From Ignavibacteriota bacterium (GTDB lineage Bacteria > Bacteroidota > Ignavibacteria > UBA10030 > UBA6906): a DNA stretch of 64,000 nucleotides. The DNA lies in contig CAWDEM010000008.1 in NCBI GenBank assembly GCA_963801355.1, positions 2,944,001 through 3,008,000 on the forward strand. Direction: 5' to 3'. The notes beneath the pieces were generated by a model, which was given only the letters and a program-made list of their open reading frames with translations, was not told the DNA's origin and made no database searches. Made by a program: the position numbers and the translations under genes. Below are positions 37,584 to 46,499 of the stretch, one piece after another; the stretch's first letter is position 1, and each line of letters opens with the position of its first letter.

Positions 37584-38959
37584 CGTGCTCCTCCGTTCTG
37601 GTGCATCATCGCACGCATCGCCTCTTCGATGGTCTCGACCTCGGTGAGTATGATGTCTTTTCTATTGCGGGCCTGCTGCGCATTGTTGCGCGGAAGAATG
37701 AGCTGCTTGAACCCCAGTTTCTGTACTTCAGCAATTCGTTTTTCAATATGATGGATCGTCCGTATCTCCCCTCCGAGGCCGACCTCGCCTACCACCGCGG
37801 CATCCGCACGCACCGGAATATCGCGCACGCTGGAGGCAATCGCCATTGCCATACCCAGATCGGCGGCGGGCTCGTCGATCCGCACGCCGCCTGCAACATT
37901 GACAAAGACGTCGTACTGTCCGAGTCGCAGCCCGGCCCGCTTTTCCAGCACCGCCAGCAGCATCTGCAGCCGGCGCCCGTCAAATCCCGTTGCCGTGCGC
38001 TGGGGCACGCCGTAGCTCGTGGACGCCACCAGTGCCTGCACTTCCACCAGCAACGGACGGGTTCCTTCCATGGCGGCTACGACGGCCGATCCGGAGGCGT
38101 CAGCTTTCCGTTCGGCCAGGAATACCGCGGAGGGATTTGCGACTTCGCGGAGACCCCCGTCGTGCATTTCGAATATGCCGATCTCGTTCGTGGACCCGAA
38201 CCTGTTTTTCGTCGCGCGGAGGATGCGGTAGGCGTAGTGGCGCTCCCCCTCGAACTGCAGCACTGCGTCCACCATATGCTCCACAACGCGCGGCCCCGCA
38301 ATAATGCCTTCCTTGGTCACGTGCCCCACGAGAAACACCGGCACGCCCTTCACCTTCGCATAGCGCATGAACTGGGCGGTCACTTCGCGCACCTGACTTA
38401 CCGTCCCCGGCGCACTCTCCAGCTGCGGATGCTGCATTGTCTGCATGGAATCAACAATGATCAAATCCACGGGGGTACGATCCAGCACCTGCCCCACAAC
38501 TTCAACGTCGGTCTCTGCGAGCAGCAGCACACGATCATGAGGCCTGGGCATGAGGCGGTCAGCTCGCAAACGAATCTGCGAGAGCGATTCTTCCCCGGTG
38601 ATGTAGAGAACAGTCCGCCCCGTGAGGGAGGCCGCCATCTGCATCATTAATGTGGATTTTCCGATACCCGGATCCCCGCCAACCAGCACCACAGAACCGG
38701 GAACGATGCCCCCGCCCAGCACTCTGTCAAGCTCGGGAATTCCGGTCACCATCCGTACGCCGGCGGTGGTTTCCACTTCGGTGATCGGTACGGGATCGAC
38801 CCTGACCTGCTTCCGGCGTTCCCGTTTGGCCGGACCCGCGGGTACGTGCACTTCTTCTACAAAGCTGTTCCATTCTCCGCAATTGGGGCAGCGCCCGACC
38901 CAACGGGGGGATTCGTACGCACAGGCCTGGCAGACAAAGATGGTTTGAGTTCGAGGCAT
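37580..38959 (-). CDS. radA: DNA repair protein RadA/Sms
   Basis: CQAC...WVGRCPNC zinc finger, GDPGIGKST, KNRFG, Lon-like C-terminal domain; start at ATG 38959. Confidence 0.97.
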   Translation of the reverse strand: MPRTQTIFVCQACAYESPRWVGRCPNCGEWNSFVEEVHVPAGPAKRERRKQVRVDPVPITEVETTAGVRMVTGIPELDRVLGGGIVPGSVVLVGGDPGIGKSTLMMQMAASLTGRTVLYITGEESLSQIRLRADRLMPRPHDRVLLLAETDVEVVGQVLDRTPVDLIIVDSMQTMQHPQLESAPGTVSQVREVTAQFMRYAKVKGVPVFLVGHVTKEGIIAGPRVVEHMVDAVLQFEGERHYAYRILRATKNRFGSTNEIGIFEMHDGGLREVANPSAVFLAERKADASGSAVVAAMEGTRPLLVEVQALVASTSYGVPQRTATGFDGRRLQMLLAVLEKRAGLRLGQYDVFVNVAGGVRIDEPAADLGMAMAIASSVRDIPVRADAAVVGEVGLGGEIRTIHHIEKRIAEVQKLGFKQLILPRNNAQQARNRKDIILTEVETIEEAMRAMMHQNGGAR

Positions 38960-39061
38960 AGGAAGTTCATGTAATATAGCGAAATGGGCAAAGAATGAAA
39001 ACGGGACTTCGAGAGAAGATTTGCGTATATTGGTATGTCCAAACTGCAGGCGATCCGTCGC

Positions 39062-40822
39062 ATGAAGTACTTCCGAACCGGTAGTTTCCTCCTTGGCGCT
39101 TACCTGACAGCCCAGCAGGCGTTGTCGTTGCCTCAGCTTTCCCCTCTTCCACCCAAGAGCGAGGTTCGCGCGGTCTGGGTTACCACAGCTGCGGGTCTCG
39201 ACTGGCCGCAGGTCGCCGGCAAAGAGAGGCAACAGGAATCCCTTCGACGCCTGGTGCGCGATCTGTACGAAGCGAAATTCAACACCATCCTCTTTCAGGT
39301 GCGGCCGCGGGGCGATGCCCTGTACCAGTCCAGCTATGAACCCTGGGCGGAGATCCTGAGCGGAACACTCGGCAAAGATCCCGGCTGGGACCCCACCGCA
39401 TTTGTCATCTCCGAGGCGCATGCTCTGGGCATGGAGGTGCATGGCTGGTTCAACGTTTTCAAGGTCCGCGGACCGAACCCGGTGGGTCCATCTACACCGG
39501 AACATCCCTCCCGTACATTCGCAAACTGGTGTGTGGAACGGGACGGGGAGCTCTGGCTCGATCCAGGCCGCCCGGAAATCCGCACACACTTGCTCAACGT
39601 CGCACTCGAACTGGTCCGGAACTATGATCTGGACGGCATCAACTTTGATTTCATCCGCTATCCGGGCAGGGAATTCCCTGACGGGGACAGCTATGCACGC
39701 TACGGCAACGGGATGAATCGCAACGACTGGCGCCGGAGCAATGTTACCGCCTTCGTGCGCTCATTCGCCGCCGGGGTTGCCGCAATCAAGCCCATGATGA
39801 AGGTCGGATCCTCGCCCTACGGCATCTACCGCGATGAATCCGGCAACTCCCAGAGGGGCAGCTACCATTGGGTTCTTCAGGATTCCTACGCATGGCTGGA
39901 AAACAAGTGGCAGGACTATCTCTCACCCCAGGTCTACTGGCAGATCGGACGCGGGAACGGTGAACCGGATTTTGTTCAGGCACTCCGCCGCTGGCAGGTA
40001 CAGAACGCGGGCCGGCATATCTACGTAGGCATCGCTGCCTATCGACCGGAGATCGGGCCTCGATTGGGGACCTACATCGATTCCTGCCGGGCAGCCGGTA
40101 ATGCCGGTCAGGTGTTCTTCCGATGGGAAGACATTGCCGACTCAAGGGTGCTTGCAGGGCGCTATGCGACCCGTGCCCTCATCCCCCCCATGCCCTGGAA
40201 AGACCGGATCCCGCCACTCGCGCCGCAGCGCGTGAACGTTGATTCCACGGGACCCCGGACCTGGACCATTCACTGGGATCCGCCGCCGCGAGCCAGTGAC
40301 GGCGATACTGCACAGACGTACGTGGTGTACAGGTGGAGTTCCCGCACCATTCCCTTCGACAGCCCCTACTCGATCGCAGCCGTGTTGCCGGCCACCCAGC
40401 GTGCATTCGTCGATTCACAGGAAACCACTGACGAATATTTCTACGCCGTTTCCTCCTGCGACCGGATGCACAACGAAAGCGAACCGTCGCCCGTAATTTC
40501 TTCACGCCCCACTCTTGCGCAACAGCTCCCACCCTGGCGGCCGCCAACAAACATCTCTCTCAGTGTCTCTCTCGCCAATACCACCGGCCGTCCGCTGGCG
40601 GCACTCTACACCATCGCCCGGCGCACACGCGTTGCCCTGGACGTGTTTTTCAAACACGCCGACACAGCGGACTCGCTCCATACGAAGCTCATCCGCGCAG
40701 TACAGGAAGAGGGGAAGTACAAGGTGAGTCTGCAGGGCGTGAAGTTCACGCCCGGTACTTATGTCATGCGGCTGACGACAACCGAGGCGACGATCGAACA
40801 GTCGTGTAGTACGGTAGGTTAG
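39062..40822 (+). CDS. Family 10-like glycosyl hydrolase (GHL10/YddW) with Fn3 and T9SS-like C-terminal domains
   Basis: EVRAVWVTT, FNTILFQVRPRGDALY.S.YEPW, GWDP, HGWFN, YDLDGINFDFIRYP, DYLSPQVYW. Start 39062 (alternative 39035). Confidence 0.88.
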   Translation: MKYFRTGSFLLGAYLTAQQALSLPQLSPLPPKSEVRAVWVTTAAGLDWPQVAGKERQQESLRRLVRDLYEAKFNTILFQVRPRGDALYQSSYEPWAEILSGTLGKDPGWDPTAFVISEAHALGMEVHGWFNVFKVRGPNPVGPSTPEHPSRTFANWCVERDGELWLDPGRPEIRTHLLNVALELVRNYDLDGINFDFIRYPGREFPDGDSYARYGNGMNRNDWRRSNVTAFVRSFAAGVAAIKPMMKVGSSPYGIYRDESGNSQRGSYHWVLQDSYAWLENKWQDYLSPQVYWQIGRGNGEPDFVQALRRWQVQNAGRHIYVGIAAYRPEIGPRLGTYIDSCRAAGNAGQVFFRWEDIADSRVLAGRYATRALIPPMPWKDRIPPLAPQRVNVDSTGPRTWTIHWDPPPRASDGDTAQTYVVYRWSSRTIPFDSPYSIAAVLPATQRAFVDSQETTDEYFYAVSSCDRMHNESEPSPVISSRPTLAQQLPPWRPPTNISLSVSLANTTGRPLAALYTIARRTRVALDVFFKHADTADSLHTKLIRAVQEEGKYKVSLQGVKFTPGTYVMRLTTTEATIEQSCSTVG

Positions 40823-40830
40823 AAAGCACA

Positions 40831-40949
40831 GGCACTGGGCATTAGGCACTGGGCACGAGTAGCCTCCCCAATTGCCTCGTGCCTAACGCCTATTGCCTCA
40901 TGCCTCACTCCTCCTGCCTGGCGCCTATTGCCTCATGCCTCATGCCTTC
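40831..40949. repeat. Inverted heptamer array, copy B
   Basis: 4 GGCANNN units, 14-nt spacer, 11 TGCCNNN-type units ending at the dctM stop. Confidence 0.92.
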
Positions 40950-42230
40950 CTACTTCACCCCCATCGCTCTGATCAACCCCAGGCTCAAATCCGGCACGTA
41001 GGTGATGATCAACAGGGCGATGACCAGCACCACCATAAAGGGAAGGACGGACCGGGCCACCGTGAACACCGGCTTGCCGAATCTCAGGCTTGAAATGAAC
41101 AGGTTGAGTCCGACCGGGGGGGTCAGATAGCCGATCTCCAGGTTCGTCAGGAAGATGATACCGAGGTGGACGGGATGGATGCCGTACGCAGCAGCGATGG
41201 GGATGATCAGCGGCACCACGACGATGATGGCGGAAAAGATGTCCATCATCATTCCCACAACAATGAGAAATATATTCAGGATCACCAGAAACACCGCAGG
41301 GCTGCTGATGAACGTCTTGGTGAGTTCAAACAACCGCATCGGCACTTCGTCGTCGACGAGAAAATTCGTCAACCCCATCGCTGTGCCGATGATCATGAGA
41401 ATCGCACCCACCAGCAGCATGCTCTCCCGCATGACCCGCGGCACATCACTAAAGAGTTTGATGTCGCGATAGACAAACACCTCCACGATAAGCACGTAGA
41501 ACGCCGTGATTGCCGCCGCCTCGGTGGCCGTAAAGAGGCCCGCGTAGATTCCGCCGATAACCAATACCGGCAGCGGCAGCTCCCAGATGGCATTGCGCAT
41601 GGCTGTCAGCGCCGCCTTCACGGAAAATTCCGTGCGCGGCACCTGCATCCGCACGCCGTGCCGGATACCGTACAACGCAAGCGTAATCACCAGCAGGAAT
41701 CCCGGAAGAAGTCCGGCCATGAACAACTGATCAATGCTGACCTTTCCGACAACGGCATACAGGATCAACGGAAGGCTGGGCGGAAAGAGCAGGCCCAGGC
41801 TTCCTGAGGTCGTCACGAGCCCCAGGGAAAATCGCTCGCCATAGTGCTCCGAGAGGAGGATCGGATAGAGCAACCCACCCAGGGCGACAATGGTGACTCC
41901 GGATGCGCCCGTGAACGCCGTGAACAACGCGCAGGTTAGCAGCACCACAATCCCCATTCCGCCCGGGATCCATCCGAAAAAAGCGCGCGCAAGGTTCACA
42001 ATTCTGGTAGGGGCGTTGCTCTCCGCCAGCATGTATCCGGCGAACGTGAAGAGCGGAATTGCCACGAGCGTGGGGTTGCTGCTGATGCGGTAGAGTTCGA
42101 CGATGACGGCGGAGGTATCGATGCCCTCGCCTGCAAAACTCATCATGGCGATGGCACCGATGATGGCGAACAACGGCGCACCAAGAAGCGCGACGACAAC
42201 GAGGGCTATCCCGATAAGGAGCGTTTCCAT
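40950..42230 (-). CDS. dctM: TRAP transporter large permease
   Basis: LVAIPLFTFAG, TGASG, GSLGLLFPPSLP, FTATEAA, IHPVHLGIIF...EIGYLTPPVGLNLF. Confidence 0.95.
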   Translation of the reverse strand: METLLIGIALVVVALLGAPLFAIIGAIAMMSFAGEGIDTSAVIVELYRISSNPTLVAIPLFTFAGYMLAESNAPTRIVNLARAFFGWIPGGMGIVVLLTCALFTAFTGASGVTIVALGGLLYPILLSEHYGERFSLGLVTTSGSLGLLFPPSLPLILYAVVGKVSIDQLFMAGLLPGFLLVITLALYGIRHGVRMQVPRTEFSVKAALTAMRNAIWELPLPVLVIGGIYAGLFTATEAAAITAFYVLIVEVFVYRDIKLFSDVPRVMRESMLLVGAILMIIGTAMGLTNFLVDDEVPMRLFELTKTFISSPAVFLVILNIFLIVVGMMMDIFSAIIVVVPLIIPIAAAYGIHPVHLGIIFLTNLEIGYLTPPVGLNLFISSLRFGKPVFTVARSVLPFMVVLVIALLIITYVPDLSLGLIRAMGVK

Positions 42231-42233
42231 TAT

Positions 42234-42737
42234 CTATTTCGCTCCTTCCGGTTGCGGATGTACGATCCCGGCACCGTGTTCGACGGCTTTGAGGGCGAAA
42301 TGCAGCGCGAGCAATGCGTACCCCACCGGGATGATGACCATCCCGACATAACCGGGCAGACCGAAGAGGAATTCCCCGCCGCCTTCCGCCTCCGCGGTCA
42401 CGAACGTGAGGCCTGCCTGTGCCAGGTAGTAACAGACAATGCAGCCGAAAAGATTGGTCACCACTCCGGCAATGTGTTTCCACCGTTGCGGAAGATATTT
42501 CGTGATTGCGTCAATGCTGATGTGCCGCCCTTCGAACGCGGCGATGGATCCGCCGAAAAAACCCGCCCACAGCAGGAGATGGCGCACGAGGGTGTCTGCC
42601 CAGATCAACCCGGTGCCGAAGAAATTCCGCAGCACAACCTGGAGGAACGCGAGGACAACCATGCTGCCGAGGAAGACGACGAGGACGACGGTCTCCGACC
42701 GCGCCAGCAGACGGTCAAATGCCTTGAGGAACTTCAC
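42234..42737 (-). CDS. dctQ: TRAP transporter small permease
   Basis: Four TMs; QVVLRN, WADTLVR, HISID motifs. Confidence 0.92.
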   Translation of the reverse strand: MKFLKAFDRLLARSETVVLVVFLGSMVVLAFLQVVLRNFFGTGLIWADTLVRHLLLWAGFFGGSIAAFEGRHISIDAITKYLPQRWKHIAGVVTNLFGCIVCYYLAQAGLTFVTAEAEGGGEFLFGLPGYVGMVIIPVGYALLALHFALKAVEHGAGIVHPQPEGAK

Positions 42738-43765
42738 TTCGTGTCGCCCTTGTGCGTTGCGCGGAAATCATCCACCGCTTTCTCGACGCGGTTCACAAAT
42801 TCCTGGTCAAACAGTCTGCCCACGAGCGATTCACGCGCTTTTTTCCCCGTGGCGTAGAATCCATCCAGGATTTTGGGGTCGGTGATGTCGATGATCTGCA
42901 CGCCGTTGCGCTTCATTGTCTGGATGGCTGCGGCATTCTCCTCCCGACTCTTTTGCGTGAGGAGAGTCATGTACTTTTTGCCGTTCCGGAGGAGAATTTC
43001 CTGAAGGTCGGCCGGCAGCGTGTCGAATTTCTTCTTGGAGACAACCACCGCACCCGAGGCATCCGCAAGCGGCACGTTCGTCATGTATTTCACGCGGGTG
43101 TTCCACTGGAGCGCGACCGCGGCGAGTGGAGACGTATATGCGCCGTTGATGAGCCCGGTCTGCAGTGATGTGAATACATCCGTCACCGACAGCGGGATCG
43201 ATGAGATGCCCAGCGCCTTGAACGCCGCATCGGCTATCGCGTCGCCTTCCCATGACCACATTTTCACGCCATGCATATCCTTCGCGCTGCGCACCGGTGT
43301 GTTGGTCAGCACATACACGAACCCGACCTCCGCCCAGCCCAGCAGGACGAAGTCGTTCTTCTTGAATTCCTGATCCAGTTCCTGCCCGAACAGCTGCGTG
43401 AAGTGATCCACTTCCGCATAGTTCCGGAACAGGAAGGGCGCATCCAGAATCCGCAGCTTGTTGGAGATTTCGCCCACACCCACACCGGTGATGCCGGCGC
43501 TGTGCAGCTGGCCGAGACGGATCTTCCGCATCACGTCCTTGTCCTCGCCCTGCACGCCGCCCGCGTAGATTTTGAAGCCGAGCCGCCCGCCGCTCTCTTT
43601 GCGGATGGCGGCATCATACTCCCTCATGATGTTCATCCAGGTCGATCCGTCGGTGGCAATCGAGGCAAACTTGATGATGTACTGCTGTGCATGCGCGGGG
43701 CGCTCCACCGGGCCGGCGACGACGCATAGTGCAAGAATGAGGGTACTCAAGATGAATGCCTTCAC
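42734..43765 (-). CDS. dctP: TRAP substrate-binding protein (DctP/TatP)
   Basis: IKFASIATDGSTW, GGVQGE, KIRLGQL, SLQTGLI; signal peptide from GTG 43765. Confidence 0.92.
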   Translation of the reverse strand: MKAFILSTLILALCVVAGPVERPAHAQQYIIKFASIATDGSTWMNIMREYDAAIRKESGGRLGFKIYAGGVQGEDKDVMRKIRLGQLHSAGITGVGVGEISNKLRILDAPFLFRNYAEVDHFTQLFGQELDQEFKKNDFVLLGWAEVGFVYVLTNTPVRSAKDMHGVKMWSWEGDAIADAAFKALGISSIPLSVTDVFTSLQTGLINGAYTSPLAAVALQWNTRVKYMTNVPLADASGAVVVSKKKFDTLPADLQEILLRNGKKYMTLLTQKSREENAAAIQTMKRNGVQIIDITDPKILDGFYATGKKARESLVGRLFDQEFVNRVEKAVDDFRATHKGDTK

Positions 43766-43781
43766 GGGCTGTTCCTTTCGC

Positions 43782-44639
43782 TCAAAACAATTCAGACTGG
43801 TTGGAGAGCAGGCGCCGGGCCTTTTGTTTGGCAATGGCGTTGGCAAGGCGGAATTCGGGCAGAATATCCAGGGATGCGCTCTCGACTTTCGTCAGGAGTT
43901 CATTGAAAAGCTGCTCGTTTTGCGTCTGGACCGCGTACGAGCGGGCATAGTAGACATACGTCATGAGGAATTTCCCGCCGTTCAGCCGCAGGGCGGTCTC
44001 GAAGTGCGCTTTTGCACGCTCGGGATTTCCCCCGAGCATCCTGGGCCGGCTGCCGAAGAGCGTGCCCAGAAAGACATGGGCGCCGCCAAAATAGTAGGTC
44101 GAGTCATGTTTCGCCACAAACTCCATCAGCGCCTCGGCCCGGGGCAGATCGCCGATGGCATCCATATTATCCAGACTCAGGTAAATGTAGCTTCCCCATC
44201 CGAAGGCGGTCCAGAACGCCGCCGGCACGAGATCCTTGTCCCGTGTTGCCAGCGCAGCCCTGAGATCATCGATTGTGCCGTCAAGGGCGCGGGCCATTCC
44301 GGCGTCCTGCCGGAGCATCCGGAGACCGAAATCACGGCCGCGCTTGTAGAAATCACGCGCGCGGTCCTGCAGGCTGTCTTCCAGATAGCCGAGCGCATAG
44401 CTGCTGTACCCCTGGCTGACGAGCGTCAGAAGACGTTCGTTGTCCGGATTGTTCTTCAACATCACTTCGAGCAGCTTGATGTTGCCGGGCAGCGCCTCTT
44501 CCGCAAAGCTCAGATCGCCTTCTTCCGTGATTGCGGAAAACCCGTCGCTGGCAATATTGCCGACCGTGGTCACTGCGATGGTCTGCACACAACCGGTGAA
44601 TGCAATCACCGGCAGGAGAAGGGCTAGTGTAAAGCGCAT
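43782..44639 (-). CDS. TRAP transporter TatT component (TPR-like lipoprotein of TPAT systems)
   Basis: Lipobox FTGC; E.D...AEEALP..IKLLE, Y.SYA.GY, GG.H.FLG...RPRMLGGNPERAK.HFE, NAIAKQKA. Start 44639 or 44660. Confidence 0.85.
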   Translation of the reverse strand: MRFTLALLLPVIAFTGCVQTIAVTTVGNIASDGFSAITEEGDLSFAEEALPGNIKLLEVMLKNNPDNERLLTLVSQGYSSYALGYLEDSLQDRARDFYKRGRDFGLRMLRQDAGMARALDGTIDDLRAALATRDKDLVPAAFWTAFGWGSYIYLSLDNMDAIGDLPRAEALMEFVAKHDSTYYFGGAHVFLGTLFGSRPRMLGGNPERAKAHFETALRLNGGKFLMTYVYYARSYAVQTQNEQLFNELLTKVESASLDILPEFRLANAIAKQKARRLLSNQSELF

Positions 44640-44668
44640 GGCCGTAGATTTCCCTTGCATATCGTTAA

Positions 44669-44697
44669 AATATAGAAAAATGCGAATCGTATTGCAA
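44669..44697 (-). promoter_or_regulatory. Sigma70-like promoter of the TPAT operon
   Basis: Minus strand TTGCAA-17 nt-TATATT. Confidence 0.6.
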
Positions 44698-44881
44698 GGA
44701 AGGGTTGGTGTCGAGGCGACATGCCGGATTGCCTTTTTATTTCAGATCCCATACACCGCGAGTGACCTGTTTGATCCTCGCAGCTGTCTTTTTGGCTTCT
44801 TGACCGAGGATAGCAACTATTTAGTCTGGTACTCCATAACCGGTTGTCAGATAACACCGCATACGATTCCTTAGATTTCTG

Positions 44882-44910
44882 TTGTTCCCAACTTGGGAAT
44901 ACCATATATT
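44882..44910 (+). promoter_or_regulatory. higBA promoter with overlapping palindromic operator
   Basis: TTGTTC-17 nt-TATATT; perfect palindrome TTCCCAA-C-TTGGGAA at 44885-44899. Confidence 0.72.
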
Positions 44911-44916
44911 ATGGGT

Positions 44917-45210
44917 ATGAGAATCTTGGCAAGAGGAACGCTCAAAGATTTCTGGCTGAACAATAGCGATTCGGAGCAACCGCTAAAAGCGTGGTTCCAA
45001 GAGGCCAAGCGGGCCAAATGGAACAACCCTAATGAAATCAAGGCCGAATATGGAACTGCGAGCATCCTAAAAATTAACAGGGTTGTTTTCAATATTAGGG
45101 ACAATAAGTATCGACTCGTTGTAAGGATAAATTACAAATATGGCCGTGTGCTCATAAGATTCATTGGGACACACAAAGAATATGACAAGATAAACGCAGA
45201 GGAAATATGA
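44917..45210 (+). CDS. higB: Type II toxin HigB (RelE-fold mRNA interferase)
   Basis: MRILARGTLKDFW...LKAWF...W..P.EIK..Y..AS...RVVFNI..NKYRLVV...IRFIGTH.EYDKI. Confidence 0.93.
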   Translation: MRILARGTLKDFWLNNSDSEQPLKAWFQEAKRAKWNNPNEIKAEYGTASILKINRVVFNIRDNKYRLVVRINYKYGRVLIRFIGTHKEYDKINAEEI

Positions 45211-45575
45211 ATAAGTATCTCAAATATCTCAAACCAATCCGGACAAGGAGCGAATATAGAGCGGCTCTTTTGCTTGTGGACCAACTATTCGATGAGAAAC
45301 CTGACACTATGAAGGGCCGCATTGCTGAAATCTTGACGTTGTTCATTGAAAGGTATGAAGAAGAACAATTCCCAATGGAGGCACCAACCCCAATTGAGGC
45401 AATCAAGTTCAGAATGGAACAGATGGGATGGACAAGAAAGGATCTAGCGGTTGTTCTCGGTGGAAGAAACCGCGTATCAGAAATACTAAGTAAAAAACGC
45501 GGACTCTCGTTACAGATGATTAGAATGTTAAACAAGCAAATGGGGGTTCCTGCTGAATCTCTACTTGGCACCTAG
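45207..45575 (+). CDS. higA: Type II antitoxin HigA (HTH)
   Basis: KPIRT..EY..AL, IE.YE...FP...P.PIEAIKFRMEQMG, RVSEIL..KR.LSL.MIR.L; ATGA overlap with higB. Confidence 0.93.
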   Translation: MNKYLKYLKPIRTRSEYRAALLLVDQLFDEKPDTMKGRIAEILTLFIERYEEEQFPMEAPTPIEAIKFRMEQMGWTRKDLAVVLGGRNRVSEILSKKRGLSLQMIRMLNKQMGVPAESLLGT

Positions 45576-45600
45576 TCTGTCAATGCCTTCAATACAGAGG

Positions 45601-45628
45601 AGCCGGAGCTAATCACTCCGGCTTTTTC
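45601..45628 (+). terminator. Rho-independent terminator after higBA
   Basis: AGCCGGAG-ctaatca-CTCCGGCT stem followed by a T run. Confidence 0.8.
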
Positions 45629-45658
45629 TATTAGACAAAGCCACAAGAAGTCCAGGTT

Positions 45659-45793
45659 ATGTTAAGGATTGAAACAGACACTATTTCCCATCTGAAGGAG
45701 TGTGACGAAATGGAAGCCTACAATGATGCCGTCGAGCATCTCAAGGAGGCAGCACAAGATATCCGACTCAAGGTTGCAGATGATTTCGGGTAG
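45659..45793 (+). CDS. Possible 44-aa small acidic protein or gene remnant
   Basis: ATG...TAG ORF MLRIETDTISHLKECDEMEAYNDAVEHLKEAAQDIRLKVADDFG; too short for the ORF track; no recognised homolog. Confidence 0.3.
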   Translation: MLRIETDTISHLKECDEMEAYNDAVEHLKEAAQDIRLKVADDFG

Positions 45794-45824
45794 TAATTTC
45801 AAGAAATACTCTTTACATTCCCCC

Positions 45825-46496
45825 ATGCGCATTCTCGTGGTCGAAGACGAAAAGAAGGTTGCCCGTTTCATCCAGCAGGGTCTGGAAGAAGAGCACTACG
45901 CCGTTGATGTCTCCCACGACGGGGTGGAAGGACTCTCAATGGCCGAAACGGGAAGTTATGACGTCATAGTCCTCGACGTCATGCTGCCCGGCAAAGACGG
46001 ATTCGAGATCACGCGCGAGCTGCGCGCCGAGCACATCACGACACCCATCCTGATGCTCACCGCGAAGACCACAACCGATGACAAGGTGGCTGGATTGGAC
46101 AGCGGTGCCGATGATTATCTCACGAAGCCGTTTGCCTTCGCCGAGCTGCTGGCACGCGTACGCTCGCTGCTCCGCCGCGGAGCGCACGAGAAGACCACCC
46201 AGCTCACCGCGGCGGATCTGGAATTGGATACGGTGACACACCGCGCACGCCGCGCCGGAAGACCCATCGAACTCACCGCCAAAGAGTATGCCCTGCTGGA
46301 ATTCCTGATCCGCAACAAGGACCGCGTGCTCAGCCGTACGATCATCGCCGAACATATCTGGGATTATCACTTCGACACGGGCACGAACCTCATCGATGTG
46401 TACATCAATCACCTGCGCAACAAGGTGGATACGGGGTCTGAACTCAAGCTCATCCACACGGTGCGCGGTGTCGGCTATGTGCTAAAGGAGGGATAG
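45825..46496 (+). CDS. OmpR-family response regulator (CusR/CzcR-like)
   Basis: MRILVVEDE, LDVMLPGKDG, GADDYLTKPF, winged helix with IDVYINHLRNK...HTVRGVGY; start at ATG 45825. Confidence 0.95.
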   Translation: MRILVVEDEKKVARFIQQGLEEEHYAVDVSHDGVEGLSMAETGSYDVIVLDVMLPGKDGFEITRELRAEHITTPILMLTAKTTTDDKVAGLDSGADDYLTKPFAFAELLARVRSLLRRGAHEKTTQLTAADLELDTVTHRARRAGRPIELTAKEYALLEFLIRNKDRVLSRTIIAEHIWDYHFDTGTNLIDVYINHLRNKVDTGSELKLIHTVRGVGYVLKEG

Positions 46497-46499
46497 GTC

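Noticed and set aside
38960-39589. 210-aa N-terminal extension of RadA in the ORF track
   Set aside because: It overlaps the divergent GHL10 gene and the promoter region; RadA begins at the zinc finger (ATG 38959).
44700-44875. Possible ORF or structured RNA in the left flank of the higBA islet
   Set aside because: No convincing start, motif or stable stem recognised by eye.
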